A stretch of DNA of 63,575 nucleotides, the filler included, from Vannella sp. (Eukaryota), in NCBI GenBank assembly GCA_023345925.1. It is 5 parts of 5 records of this genome, joined end to end, with 100 filler letters (N's around TTAATTAATTAA, not from the genome) between each part and the next. Parts side by side here need not be neighbours in the genome. Positions count along the whole stretch, not along the records: positions 53,376 to 58,212 come from JAJQQN010000370.1; positions 58,313 to 63,575 come from JAJQQN010000064.1; 3 more parts are not named here. One strand, given 5' to 3'. Every line of letters begins with the position of its first letter. Position 1 is the stretch's first letter. The notes under the pieces are model-generated. The model worked only from the letters and a program-made list of their open reading frames with translations, searched no databases and was not told the origin of the DNA. The position numbers and the translations under genes were made by a program. Shown piece after piece: positions 53,823-63,575 of the stretch.

Positions 53823-53900
53823 GCGGGAAACCTATTGGTCTCCTGCGTTGCCGTCCAGCGAATTAAGTGTGAATGCAAATAAAGGCATTGTTTGTTCGTC

Positions 53901-55147
53901 ATGTCCTTCTTGAAGAAGGTGTCGACCAACGTTGCTCGCGCCAAGCAAATGGTGAGTTCCGTGCCATGATGGGAGTGCGGGTGGTAACTAGGAGGAACAG
54001 GCGATGGCCAAGATTGGGCAGGCAGAGGCCACAGTGGACGCTCAGTTCAACCAACTGGAGGAGCAGTTCCGCGAGCAATACACCAAGATGAGGAAGCTCA
54101 CCAAGTTCGTGCAAAGCTACCAAGCTGCCATTGCCGACCTTGGCAATGCTCAGCAAGGCATGGCGCAGATGATTATCGACCAATACGAGCCCACCGACAA
54201 CATGTTCGTCGTCGCCAGCCGTCTCAAGGAAGAAGCTTCGGTTAAGATCGAGCAGCTTCGTGATCGCATGGTTCGTCCACCTCCTTGAAGCGCCTGCATG
54301 TCCTCATGGAAGCAACAGGAGCACTATTACAGCGAGAACTTCTACCAGCCCATTGAGCGCTACCTGGTCCAGTACAAGCTACTAGAAGAGCGCATCGCTG
54401 AGCGAAACACACGTCTGGTGGACATGGATCGCTACTCTGCAGAGGTGAAGACGCTGATGACTCGCCCGGATACGGTTCCCACAAGACTTCAAGTTGCCAA
54501 GGACAAGGCAGAGGCTAAGCGCGTCGAATACACAGAACTCAATGAGGAGCTCATCAGAGATGTCCAAGCGCTCATCCTCGATCGCTCACGCTTCTTTGAC
54601 GCCCTTTTCGCCAATGTAAGGACGTTCTCCCCTTTCATTACTGCTCTGGTCTCACGCGAGCATCGATTAGCTGGTGCAAGGACAAACAGAGTACCTCGCA
54701 GGATCTGCAGAGAGTCTTGGAGCCATCGGAACGAACTTTAGCGGGGTCGACCGAACTGCCGTCCGCACTTGGCCTCGAACAATCACGGATCCTGCTCAAT
54801 CCGCTTTCCGTGGAGCCATGGCAACAGACGTCATCGCCCAAGGGAGTGCTCCCCACAGCCAGAGCGTCGGTCCTGCTCACAGCGCCGACTTTAACCCCAA
54901 CATGGGAGGGTCCGCTGCCCCTTCTCCTTCTGGCATCCCTCTGTCAAAGGGCCCCTCTGCTCCTCCCGCAGCCCCTGCAGAGATCAAAGCCAAAGCTCTC
55001 TACCCCTTCCAAGGCCAGGATACGAGCGAGCTGACCTTCCAGTTCAACGATGAGATCACCGTCATCCGCCAAGGCGGTGAATGGTGGGAGGGAGAGCTTA
55101 TGGGCCGTCGTGGACTCTTCCCATCGAACTACGTTCAACTCATCTAG
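53901..55147 (+). CDS. BAR + SH3 protein (amphiphysin/Rvs167-like), multi-exon
   Basis: N-terminal amphipathic helix MSFLKKVSTNVARAKQM; KIGQAEATVDAQFNQLE; ERNTRLVDMDRY; YTELNEELIRDV; SH3 AKALYPFQGQDTSELTFQFNDEITV...WWEGELMGRRGLFPSNYV. Confidence 0.92.
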
Positions 55148-55217
55148 CTTTCAACGACGTAAAGCCCTTCTCTCCTGACACACAGAGTCCATTTCTTCTC
55201 TCCTCAGCGGGAGGGTC

Positions 55218-57082
55218 ATGCGGAGGCGGCAAAAGGCGGCGCCAAAGGCTGCCAGTGGTGCGCCTATCGATCAGACCGCCACAGAGGTCTTTGAGGAGGG
55301 CTCTTGGTGGCAGAGAATGGTCTGCTACGCGTTTGAAGAGGAAGACGCATCCTACCTTGCTGTCTTTCGAGTGATGTGGGGGCTCATCATGGCGCTAGAG
55401 TGTTACCAACACATCGTTCATGACTTTGCCAAGACCAGAACGTCCTTCTACCAGAACCCTTACTTCCAATTCAAGTTCTGGGGCTTGGAGTGGGTTAAAC
55501 CACCGGCTGACGAGCTGTACATGAAGATCTTCGTGTGTGTTATGCTCGTACTTGCTCTATGCGTGACTGTGGGCTTCTTCTACCGCCTCACGTGCGTGCT
55601 ATTCAGCTTTGGCTTCCTCTACTTGTACGCATTAGAGGCCGCTTGGTACCTCAACCACTTCTACCTGGTCATTGTCATGTCCTTTATGTTGTGCTTCCTT
55701 CCCTGCAACGTCTACTTCTCGCTTGACGCTCTCCTCTTCCCAAAGATTGCCCGAAAGACCGTCCCCAAGTGAGTTCCAGCTACCAACTCCTCCCCACGTG
55801 CTCAGAAGGTGATAGATGGTGTTTGTGGGTCATCAGAGCGGAGCTTTGGATCGTCTACACCTACGCAGGAGTGGCGAAGATCAACTACGACTGGATACGA
55901 GCGGAGCCTCTCCGTCACTGGCTGATCAAGCGCATGCGCTTCCCATTGATCGGCTGGCTGATGCAGTATGAGCTGCCAGTGTACTTCTTCAGTTGGTTCG
56001 GTCTGATCTACGATCTGGTCGTGGGCACGCTTCTGATCCATCCGTGGACGTTCCACCTCGGCCTGGTGTTGACGCTGATGTTCCATATGACTAACAAGTA
56101 CATCTTCAACATCGGTATCTTCCCCTGGCTGATGATCGCCACCACTTGCATGTACTTTGAGCCACACTGGCCCCGCCGCTTTATCCACTTCCTTGGCGAG
56201 CTGCCAAAGCGCACGCCACAGCCATTCGTTGACTTTAAGAAGCCAACATGGCGTGGTACAAAGCTGAGGCGTCTGACAGCCAAAGAGAAGCTGGTGGTTG
56301 TCCTTTGCTTCGTCTTCTTGGCGCAACAGTTCCTCACGCCCCTGCGCCACCATCTCTACCCTGGTAGTGTCTTCTGGAACGAACATGGCCATCGTTACTC
56401 ATGGCGTATGAAGCTACGCGACAAGCAATGCGAGGCAGAGGTTTACACGTACATGCCTAACACTCGAGAGTGGTTTGAGTTCCCCTTGACTCACGCGCTG
56501 GTCCCCTACCAGTACCAGAAGCTTGCTTCTCACCCAGAGTTCACTATGCAGGCGATAGCCTTCATCCGTGATCTTGTGAAAGAGCGCAACGGTGGAGTTA
56601 CCCCCGAACTCTACGCTTACACGGCTTGTCGTGTCAACTACCGTGCAGTGGCGATGATGTCGGATCCCAGAGTGAACCTTAGCGAGGAGGACGTCTGGGA
56701 TTGGCCATACAAGTGGCTGCAGGAGATGCCAGGTCTCACGGAGGCAGAAGAAGCAGAGTTGCCCTGGAACTTTGAATGGGTAAGAGCTTCCTTCATGCTA
56801 GACCTCTCTTCATCGCTCACGCACTCCCTTCAGAACTTCAAGTGGCTCCTGGAGCCTTGGGAGAGCAACCTCGACCGCCTTAGGAAGGAACAAGACGCCA
56901 ACCAAAGGGAGATGATTCACCTGGCGAGCAGTTGGAAGGAGGACTTCCGAGACTTCATCGTCCGTGAGAAGTTCGGAGGCGATAGCGCAGCTGCAGAAGT
57001 GTTCTACAGGCAGATCGTCGACCAAGAGCGGAAGGAGGCCAACCGTGAAAGGGCCCTTCGAGGACTCCTCATCAACGTGTAA
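55218..57082 (+). CDS. Vitamin K-dependent gamma-glutamyl carboxylase-like (HTTM) membrane protein, multi-exon
   Basis: LAVFRVMWGLIM, FQFKFWGLEWVKP, YLNHFYL, VYTYAGVAKINYDWIRAEP, FHMTNKYIFNIGIFPWLM, PLRHHLYPGSVFWNEHGHRYSWRMKLRDK. Confidence 0.9.
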
Positions 57083-57130
57083 AAATAGGCTTTAGACTTA
57101 GTCTTAATAGTGTACAGGGTCCTGAGGACC

Positions 57131-57865
57131 TCACGAAGATCGCCTGAGGTCGTCTGTGAGTCGAGAGAAGGCGGGCAAACAGTTGTAGCGTTCCACACTC
57201 TCATTGTTCAGAGGGGCAAGCTTGTTGAGCGAGTTGCCCTCTGGAGGAAGGTAATGGTCGTATATGGATGGTTGGCGTGGTGCTTTGGGCCCTCTCATGT
57301 CGAGGAGATCCTGAGCTGTCTGGGAATCATCAGGGGAAGATGGGTCTGATCCACTCGACCCGCTTGATCCATCTGACGAAGGAGAGGGGTTGCTGTCTGA
57401 AGAACCGGAGCTGGAAGACGGCAGGTTGATAGCCCCACTGGAAGACGAAGCAGTGGAAGTCCACATGGCCGAATTAGAACTCTCGAGGTTACTGAAATCG
57501 GAGGCAGAGAAGCCAAAGTGCGAGCAAAAAAAGTGTTGGGGGTCGCTGATTGTCACAACAGGGTGGGGATTGCCTTCCTGCGTTTGAATAATGGTGGCAT
57601 AGCGTTGTGGAAGCGGTCCATAGTAAAGAGGTCCTTCTCCCTTGTCGGGAGCGGTACGCAGGCTCTGCATGCCAGAGGAGGGAGGAATAGTGGAACAATG
57701 TGCTGGAGCGTCGCAGTAAAGTGGTGCTTCCAAATGGAGCTGAGAGTTCACAGAAGGGAAAGCGAGATTGCCATAGATGTCCGCTACTGCTTGGCGGAAT
57801 CGTGGGATTGGTGGGAATGCGGAACATTTCCTCTGGAGTGTGATTGGCTCAGGGAGATTTTGCAC
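57131..57865 (-). CDS. Possible hypothetical Ser/Pro-rich protein (no ATG at ORF start)
   Basis: 244-codon open frame converging on the carboxylase gene; no recognisable domain. Confidence 0.3.
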   Translation of the reverse strand: MQNLPEPITLQRKCSAFPPIPRFRQAVADIYGNLAFPSVNSQLHLEAPLYCDAPAHCSTIPPSSGMQSLRTAPDKGEGPLYYGPLPQRYATIIQTQEGNPHPVVTISDPQHFFCSHFGFSASDFSNLESSNSAMWTSTASSSSGAINLPSSSSGSSDSNPSPSSDGSSGSSGSDPSSPDDSQTAQDLLDMRGPKAPRQPSIYDHYLPPEGNSLNKLAPLNNESVERYNCLPAFSRLTDDLRRSS

Positions 57866-58212
57866 AAAGTATTTTGGGTTTCGAGAAAGTGAGTGTATAA
57901 TTTTCTAATCCGACGTAGAAGATGGCAACAAGTCAAAATGCTTCTGGATTCCCAGCTTCAGTAGTCGATTTTTTCTACGCCCGCTTCCTGATTGGCCGTG
58001 CCCAGTTCTATCCGGAATGTTCCCTGTCGGGTTAGAATGACGTAATAATAATGGGCCTTTGTCGAAACTTCAATTCAGGCAGAGACTTTCGATGGAGACA
58101 CGATGAAGTATCTCAAACTGGTCTCGTTTGAAGGCATCTCAGGAAACTTCTCTTGAAAACATATAAAAACTTCATTTGGATCGGTGCCAGTCGAATTTAG
58201 AAGCACTTTCAA

Positions 58213-58312
58213 NNNNNNNNNNNNNNNNNNNNNNNNNNNNNNNNNNNNNNNNNNNNTTAATTAATTAANNNNNNNNNNNNNNNNNNNNNNNNNNNNNNNN
58301 NNNNNNNNNNNN
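58213..58312. other. Artificial gap/contig linker
   Basis: N44-TTAATTAATTAA-N44. Confidence 0.97.
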
Positions 58313-58858
58313 GGTTTCAAAGAATGAGATCGAGAAAAGTGCAGCCCAGTCGGGCTGCACTTTTTGACATCGAATTCAAGAATAAGATCGGAGGCACGAC
58401 GTACGGAAAAATAAACGAAACGTGCGTACAAGATCGGTACGTACGATTCACTTTCAGGGAAATGGTCCTCTATGATGATTGGTTGATTTCCTGCGGGAAG
58501 ATGTTTTTCCATCTTCAAGGTGGAGAAAGGTAAACTGCTGTCATTTTTTAGAAACTTGAATTGCACCCGTAAAATGATGATTTGATATGTTTAAGAGGGC
58601 TACTGTTCCATCTTTTGAGAAATGTTCACAATAACCCAAAAAGTACCTCAACCAAAACACATAAACAGCTCATTGGTCAAGCTCCCGATCGAATAAGTCA
58701 GACAGTATAATGTGGGCCAGTTGAAAAAGGAACGCTGCCAGGCACCGTCTGCTCCCTGTCATATAAAGGAAGATTAAAGCTAAAAAGAGTAATATGTCTG
58801 AGATGATGTTTAACCAATGCAAAAGAAATCTTGGACGACGAGACACGGGGACTGCGGC

Positions 58859-61414
58859 CTACTCACTGGGGCGGACATAAGCATGTGATCCCTCAGAATA
58901 CACTTCCGGCTTTTCGTGCCATTCAGCATATTGGTCGCTTATCTCTCGGAAAGCGCGGGTCCACCAGGAGTTCTTAGGGCGCCTAAAGTTCATATCCATT
59001 GTTTCCGAGATCTGTTCGGGAGCACTGTAAGTCACTTCGCCATTAGAAAGTCCCACCACTTCAAAGAAACCGGGACCTTCAGATGGTGTCTTGATGAGCT
59101 CTTCGATGCGGTCCAACATGTCTCCGACCAACTCTGTTCCCAAGAATCGGTCCATCGGAGTTGGAGAACCTCCTTGTTGCAGGTGGCCCAGGATGGACAC
59201 TCGCACATCGTATTGATTGCCACTGTCAATCTTGAAGAGCTTGGAGAGGAACTTGGTTCCGAAAACTTTGCTCGTTTTCTCCGTTGTGAAGAAGATCGCC
59301 ATGGACTTGTTGTTCTCGAAGCTCTCCTGGGTGTCCCTGAGATCCTTCTGCAGTGAAGCGAGGGTTGGAGGATCTTCAGGCACAAAAGCTTTCTCAGCTC
59401 CTGTAGCGAAGGCTGCCATCGAGCAGAGGAAGCCACAGTAGGCTCCCATCACTTCAATCACGAAGATACGACGATGGGCGATGGCAGATTCCTTGATCTT
59501 GTCGACAGCACTTACAATAGAGTTCAGGGCTGTATCAGCACCGATAGAGTACTCCGTGCATGGCAAATTGTTCGAGATAGTGCAAGGAACAAGCATGATG
59601 TTGATGGAAGCCAGGTAAGGATACTTATGAGCCTTCCTCTTGAGATGCATCATGCAAACGTATCCATCCCAACCGCCCATCATGATCAATGTCTGAATGT
59701 TGAACTTTTGCAATTGCATTGCGATTCTCCCAATGTCCATCTTATCAGGTGCATATCGGGAGGTTCCAAGCTTTGCCCCTCCAATTGGAGCCCAACCGTT
59801 CACATCCATCCAAGACATCTAATCCTTCGGTGAGACAAGCCTTAGTTCCTTCGATTGTGGGATCCTTACAAGGTGGAAGTCCCCCTCCTCCAGTCCATTG
59901 ATTCCGTTGCGAATACCGTAAGAAGAGATCTTCTTCGTTATTCCCAGGCGGACACAAGCCCGGACAACCGCGTTCATGCCAGGGGAGCAAGCACCAATGT
60001 GGAGCAACCCCACGTTGTGAATAGACTTGGAGATCACTGTAGTGGCCTCTCCTCTGGACCTTGTGAGTTTCCACATCACCTGGTGCGCACGAATAAAGCC
60101 TCCTCCGCGTAACTCCATAGCCCGCTTGAAATTGTTCTCTTCGATACTCTTCGTGATGTTCTGAGACTGAGAGTGGATGGTGTGAGGTTCTATCCAGCAT
60201 TTAAAATCACACTTACAGCCTCCAAACACTCTTGAAGTGGCCGGGCACACGCGTGGAAGAGACCATCAACACAAATCATCTGTGGTTCAGTTTTTGCGGA
60301 GTCTTTCACCATCTCCTGCACCGCTGCATGTCCTAGAAGCATGCTCTGCAACAGTTTTAGAATGAATATGTGCCAAGAGCCTTAGACATACGTGCGCTCT
60401 GTCGTAGAAGGTCGGTGCACCTCCTCGTTGAACATGTCCAAGAATAGTGATACGAGCCTCAGCTCCCCCATCTTGGAGAGTTTTGCGAACCATCTCAGCT
60501 GTGATTGGGTTCATGTTACGATCCTGAGCACCTTCTGCCACTATCACAATGGACGATCGCTTGGCAAAAGAAGCGCTCTTAGGGCAAATGACGCTCACAA
60601 GCTTCTCAGGCCAATCCAGGTCAGCAGGGCTTTCAGGAACAAAGACCCAATCAGCAGCACAAGCAACGGCAGCCTTTAGAGCCAACCAACCGCACTTGCG
60701 GCCCATCACTTCGACCACAAAGACTCGTTGATGGGAGGCAGCCGTCGAACTGAGAATGTCCACAGCACTGCAGATACGGTTGAGTGCGCTATCACATCCA
60801 ATGGTCATCGAAGTCATGCCCATGTCGTTGTCGATGCTTCCGACAAGACCAACGATGTGGAGGTTGTGGATGTCGCTCTCCCTTCCACGCCAGTGCTTTC
60901 CGTACCAAGACTCGGGAGATGACTTCTCCTCTTTGCTCAAAGCTGCCAGGATCTCGTCGGTGAAGATGGGCCAGTTCGCATGAAGCTTCTGTGCTCCAGT
61001 AAGGGAACCGTCTCCACCTACGATGATGAGGCGATTGATTCCACGAGAGAGCAAGTTAAAGACCACCTTTTTGCGTCCTTCTTCGGTGCGGAACTCCTCG
61101 CTACGAGCGGTTCCAAGGAAAGTACCACCGATGTGGATGATACCGCTTACATCCACCCAGTTCATCTCCACAATGTCATCCACAGCGCCTCGACACAATC
61201 CCAAGTATCCATCACGCACAGCATACACTCTGTAGCCTTGGTTGAGAGCTCCTCGTACGATCGCTCGAACAGCAGGGTTCATGCCAGGAGCATCTCCACC
61301 ACTTGTTATGACAGCCACACAAGGAGGAGCCTTCTCTGCATACTCCTTCACCAAAGTAGGAGGCAAAAGGAACTGGGAGCTGAAGTCTCGTTGAAAGAAG
61401 TGCTTCGTGGACAT
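58859..61414 (-). CDS. PFK: ATP-dependent 6-phosphofructokinase, eukaryotic tandem two-half type, multi-exon
   Basis: Catalytic half VITSGGDAPGMNPAVR, GGTFLGTAR, VGGDGSLTGA, GSIDND, EVMGRKCGWL, LGHVQRGG; regulatory half GACSPGMNAVVR, TISNNLP, EVMGAYCGFL, LGHLQQGGSPTPMDR. Confidence 0.96.
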
Positions 61415-61547
61415 GAGAACAACAAAAAGTGATTTTCAGCACCAACTTGTGAATCAGGATGCCCAACCTCCAATTCCTTTCATTTGATGATTTTTTAAAG
61501 CAATTTGACCTGGTGATGGGGAGGGGGGAAAGTCATTTGCTGTTGGG

Positions 61548-61989
61548 ATGGTCTTTCAGGTGGTGCGACGCACTCCACACTCCATTCGTGTGTGCCGGTT
61601 GTATCGCCGCATATTGAAGGAGCAGGATAGCTGGTTGGGCCATAGAGGGCAATGGAACGAGATTGCACTGGATACGCGCCGAGCCTTTGATGCCAACAAG
61701 AACGCTCCCATGGGCCATGCTTTGGCTTTAGTTGAAGATGCTGAGGCACAGCTTCAGTACTGGAAGCACCCTAACCCTTACATTAGTGAGTCCTTGAAGT
61801 TACTACCTCAAGGGCGCGTTTAACCTGCTTTACTAGATCCCCACGCTGAAGGCGGAGTTTGCTGGCAACGTAACGCACCTCCTCCCTATGATGTAAGCAG
61901 GATCATGGCACAGATGATAGGGATAAGTCTAATCACGAGGGAACACCCCACAGACTACCATGACCGAAGCTTTCGTCGAGTGGAAGTAA
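61548..61989 (+). CDS. NDUFB9: Complex I subunit B22 (LYR family), 3 exons; last exon uncertain
   Basis: HSIRVCRLYRRILKEQDSW...RRAFDANKN...HPNPYI/NPHAEGGVCWQRNAPPP. Confidence 0.85.
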
Positions 61990-62041
61990 TCGACCTTCCC
62001 AAGCCACCATAAATGCTACAACACAAGAGATACCCATGCAA

Positions 62042-63125
62042 CTACGCTTTAGGAAGTATGCGGGTCTCAAGAGAGGCTATGTGCGTGTCCAACCGATGCG
62101 TGTGCTGAGGAAGGATTCGGTAGTCGCCATCCTCCGAGGTCCGCTTGTGTTTAGCCAGGGTGATCTGTCTTTCGACACGCTTCCAGAACTCAAGGATCTC
62201 TGGAGGCTGATAGCCCTGCTGCTCTAATATCTGGGATCTGCGACGAGTCAGAGAGGGTTTGGGCAAAGAGAGGAGCTCACGCAAAGAGGTCTGCTTCTTC
62301 CTCCTCAATGTCGCTGAAGGGTAAAAGTAGGAACTCATCGAAAGTATTACGGGGTCGTGCACCTCCCGTAGGGAAGACCTTTAGGGGATGTCGCAACTTT
62401 CGATAACACTCTCTTGTGTACTTGGCCTCCCAGTGCTTGCCATGGATATGCCCTAGCTCGTGAGATAGTAGTGCTGCGATGGATTGCGGTCCCCCAAGCT
62501 TAACAAGCAGTCCTTTCTCTATGAAGATGTTCCCATCTAGCTCGAACAGTCAAGAACACGCAGCAGGCGGATCATGAAGAGTCCTACCAGGTAAGATGGT
62601 AAGCTTAAGAGTAGGTTCATCTATAATGTGGATCCGCCACGCAATGTCTGCCAACTCTGTCGCCCCCAAAGATACCGCGGACGATACGAGCTTCTGCAAG
62701 AGCAACGAGAGCGCTTGGTGAGTTTGAAGAGAAGGCGAAATGATCTTTCCTGCTGCTAAGTACTTAGAATACAGCGTTAAGGACTTCTCGATCGAATCAC
62801 GGTGGACAGCCTCGCTCGCGTTTGGCAATGAAGCGTATTCTCTACCAAACGCGTTCTTGTGGGTCCAGAAGAAGCGAGAGACAAGGTACACATTGAGTCC
62901 ACCGAAAGCAAGGAAGCCCACTACCTTCAGGTAGAAGTAGGAAGCACTCTCCAACACGTACTCGTTGTACTCCACATTATCGTATTCGATCTCCTCCTCC
63001 TCGTCCTTCCTCTTTGGAGGAGTAGCAGGACGGTATTGATCTCTCTGCGCCTGTTTTGCTTTCCCTGCAGTTGCCAAACGTATCAATCGAGCCTGCGAAG
63101 GTCCCAACCTGAAGGCCCTCAGCAT
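62042..63125 (-). CDS. Peptidase M48, OMA1-like mitochondrial metalloprotease, 3 exons
   Basis: Presequence-like MLRAFRLG; one TM; WRIHIIDEP...ILP/DGNIFIEKGLL...AALLSHELGHIHGKH (HExxH); FSDIEEEEADLFA; GYQPPEILEFWKR. Confidence 0.8.
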
Positions 63126-63173
63126 CCCTTTGGAGGACCAATAAGAATGCCCTGCTCGTATCAAGCATACGTA

Positions 63174-63575
63174 TCAAGCATATTCTATCTGAGATCTGGA
63201 GGCTCTCTTTCTTCGGGAGGAGACGTTCCTGATGCCTGTCACTAATTCTGCTCTTTGGTTCTCATCCAACCCGGTCATCTCTTGCAGCAATACCGCTACA
63301 ATGGAGTAGAAACGGGATGGAGAATAGTTCCACCCACCAAAACAAGGGAAAACGGCTTTGTGTCTCTTCAAAGACCGGTTCATGAGCTCCCGATAGGCCC
63401 CAAAGTTATCCAGAGGGCTGAAGAGACTTTCTGCGTTTTCAAAACTTGCTCGATCTAATGCAGGAACAAGCTGTCCGGGGATGAGTCACTTTTTCGCAGA
63501 GCTTAGACGATTGTACCTGCCAGGCCCCTCCCAGACGTTGCACAGAAACCTTCCCAAGTCCAGCAAGAACACTGT
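63174..63575 (-). CDS. RasGEF (CDC25-type) domain C-terminal fragment (5' partial)
   Basis: After splicing: VLAGLGKVSVQRLGGAWQ/LV...FENAESLFSPLDNFGAYRELM...FPCF/AVLLQEMTGLDENQ...GIRNVSSRRK. Confidence 0.75.

Noticed and set aside
58313..58858. AT-rich stretch with an ATGATGA box C-like motif and short ORFs
   Set aside because: No convincing box D pairing, terminal stem or guide sequence; treated as intergenic or UTR.

Overview
Gene-dense eukaryotic genomic DNA, probably from a protist (amoebozoan-like is an inference from gene content). Genes carry many very short GT-AG introns, mostly about 35-55 nt, and intergenic gaps are often under 150 bp. The window is five sequence pieces joined by four artificial 100-nt linkers (N44-TTAATTAATTAA-N44), so adjacency across linkers is unproven. 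Recognisable housekeeping genes: VPS13, GPI-phospholipase D, ataxin-2/Pbp1, RRP41, SmB, a UBE2E-type E2, a BAR-SH3 protein, PFK, NDUFB9, an OMA1-like protease and a RasGEF fragment. Four architectures stand out. (1) An intronless 1909-aa ORF with a TPR array, two HEPN-like (NxxKH) modules and a ZZ zinc finger, a candidate single-chain sensor-RNase defence protein. (2) An intronless protein with about six ~75-aa helical repeats and a C-terminal Vsr/DUF559/RAP-like nuclease-fold domain. (3) A helicase-less Pol theta/nu-like family A DNA polymerase with a spliced C-terminal HIT domain. (4) A divergent pair of intronless single-pass receptors combining bacterial-type Ig and propeller ectodomains, a mucin stalk and a GPS-type autoproteolysis motif. 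All domain calls come from motif recognition by eye; no searches were run. No rRNA, tRNA, CRISPR array or transposon was recognised.
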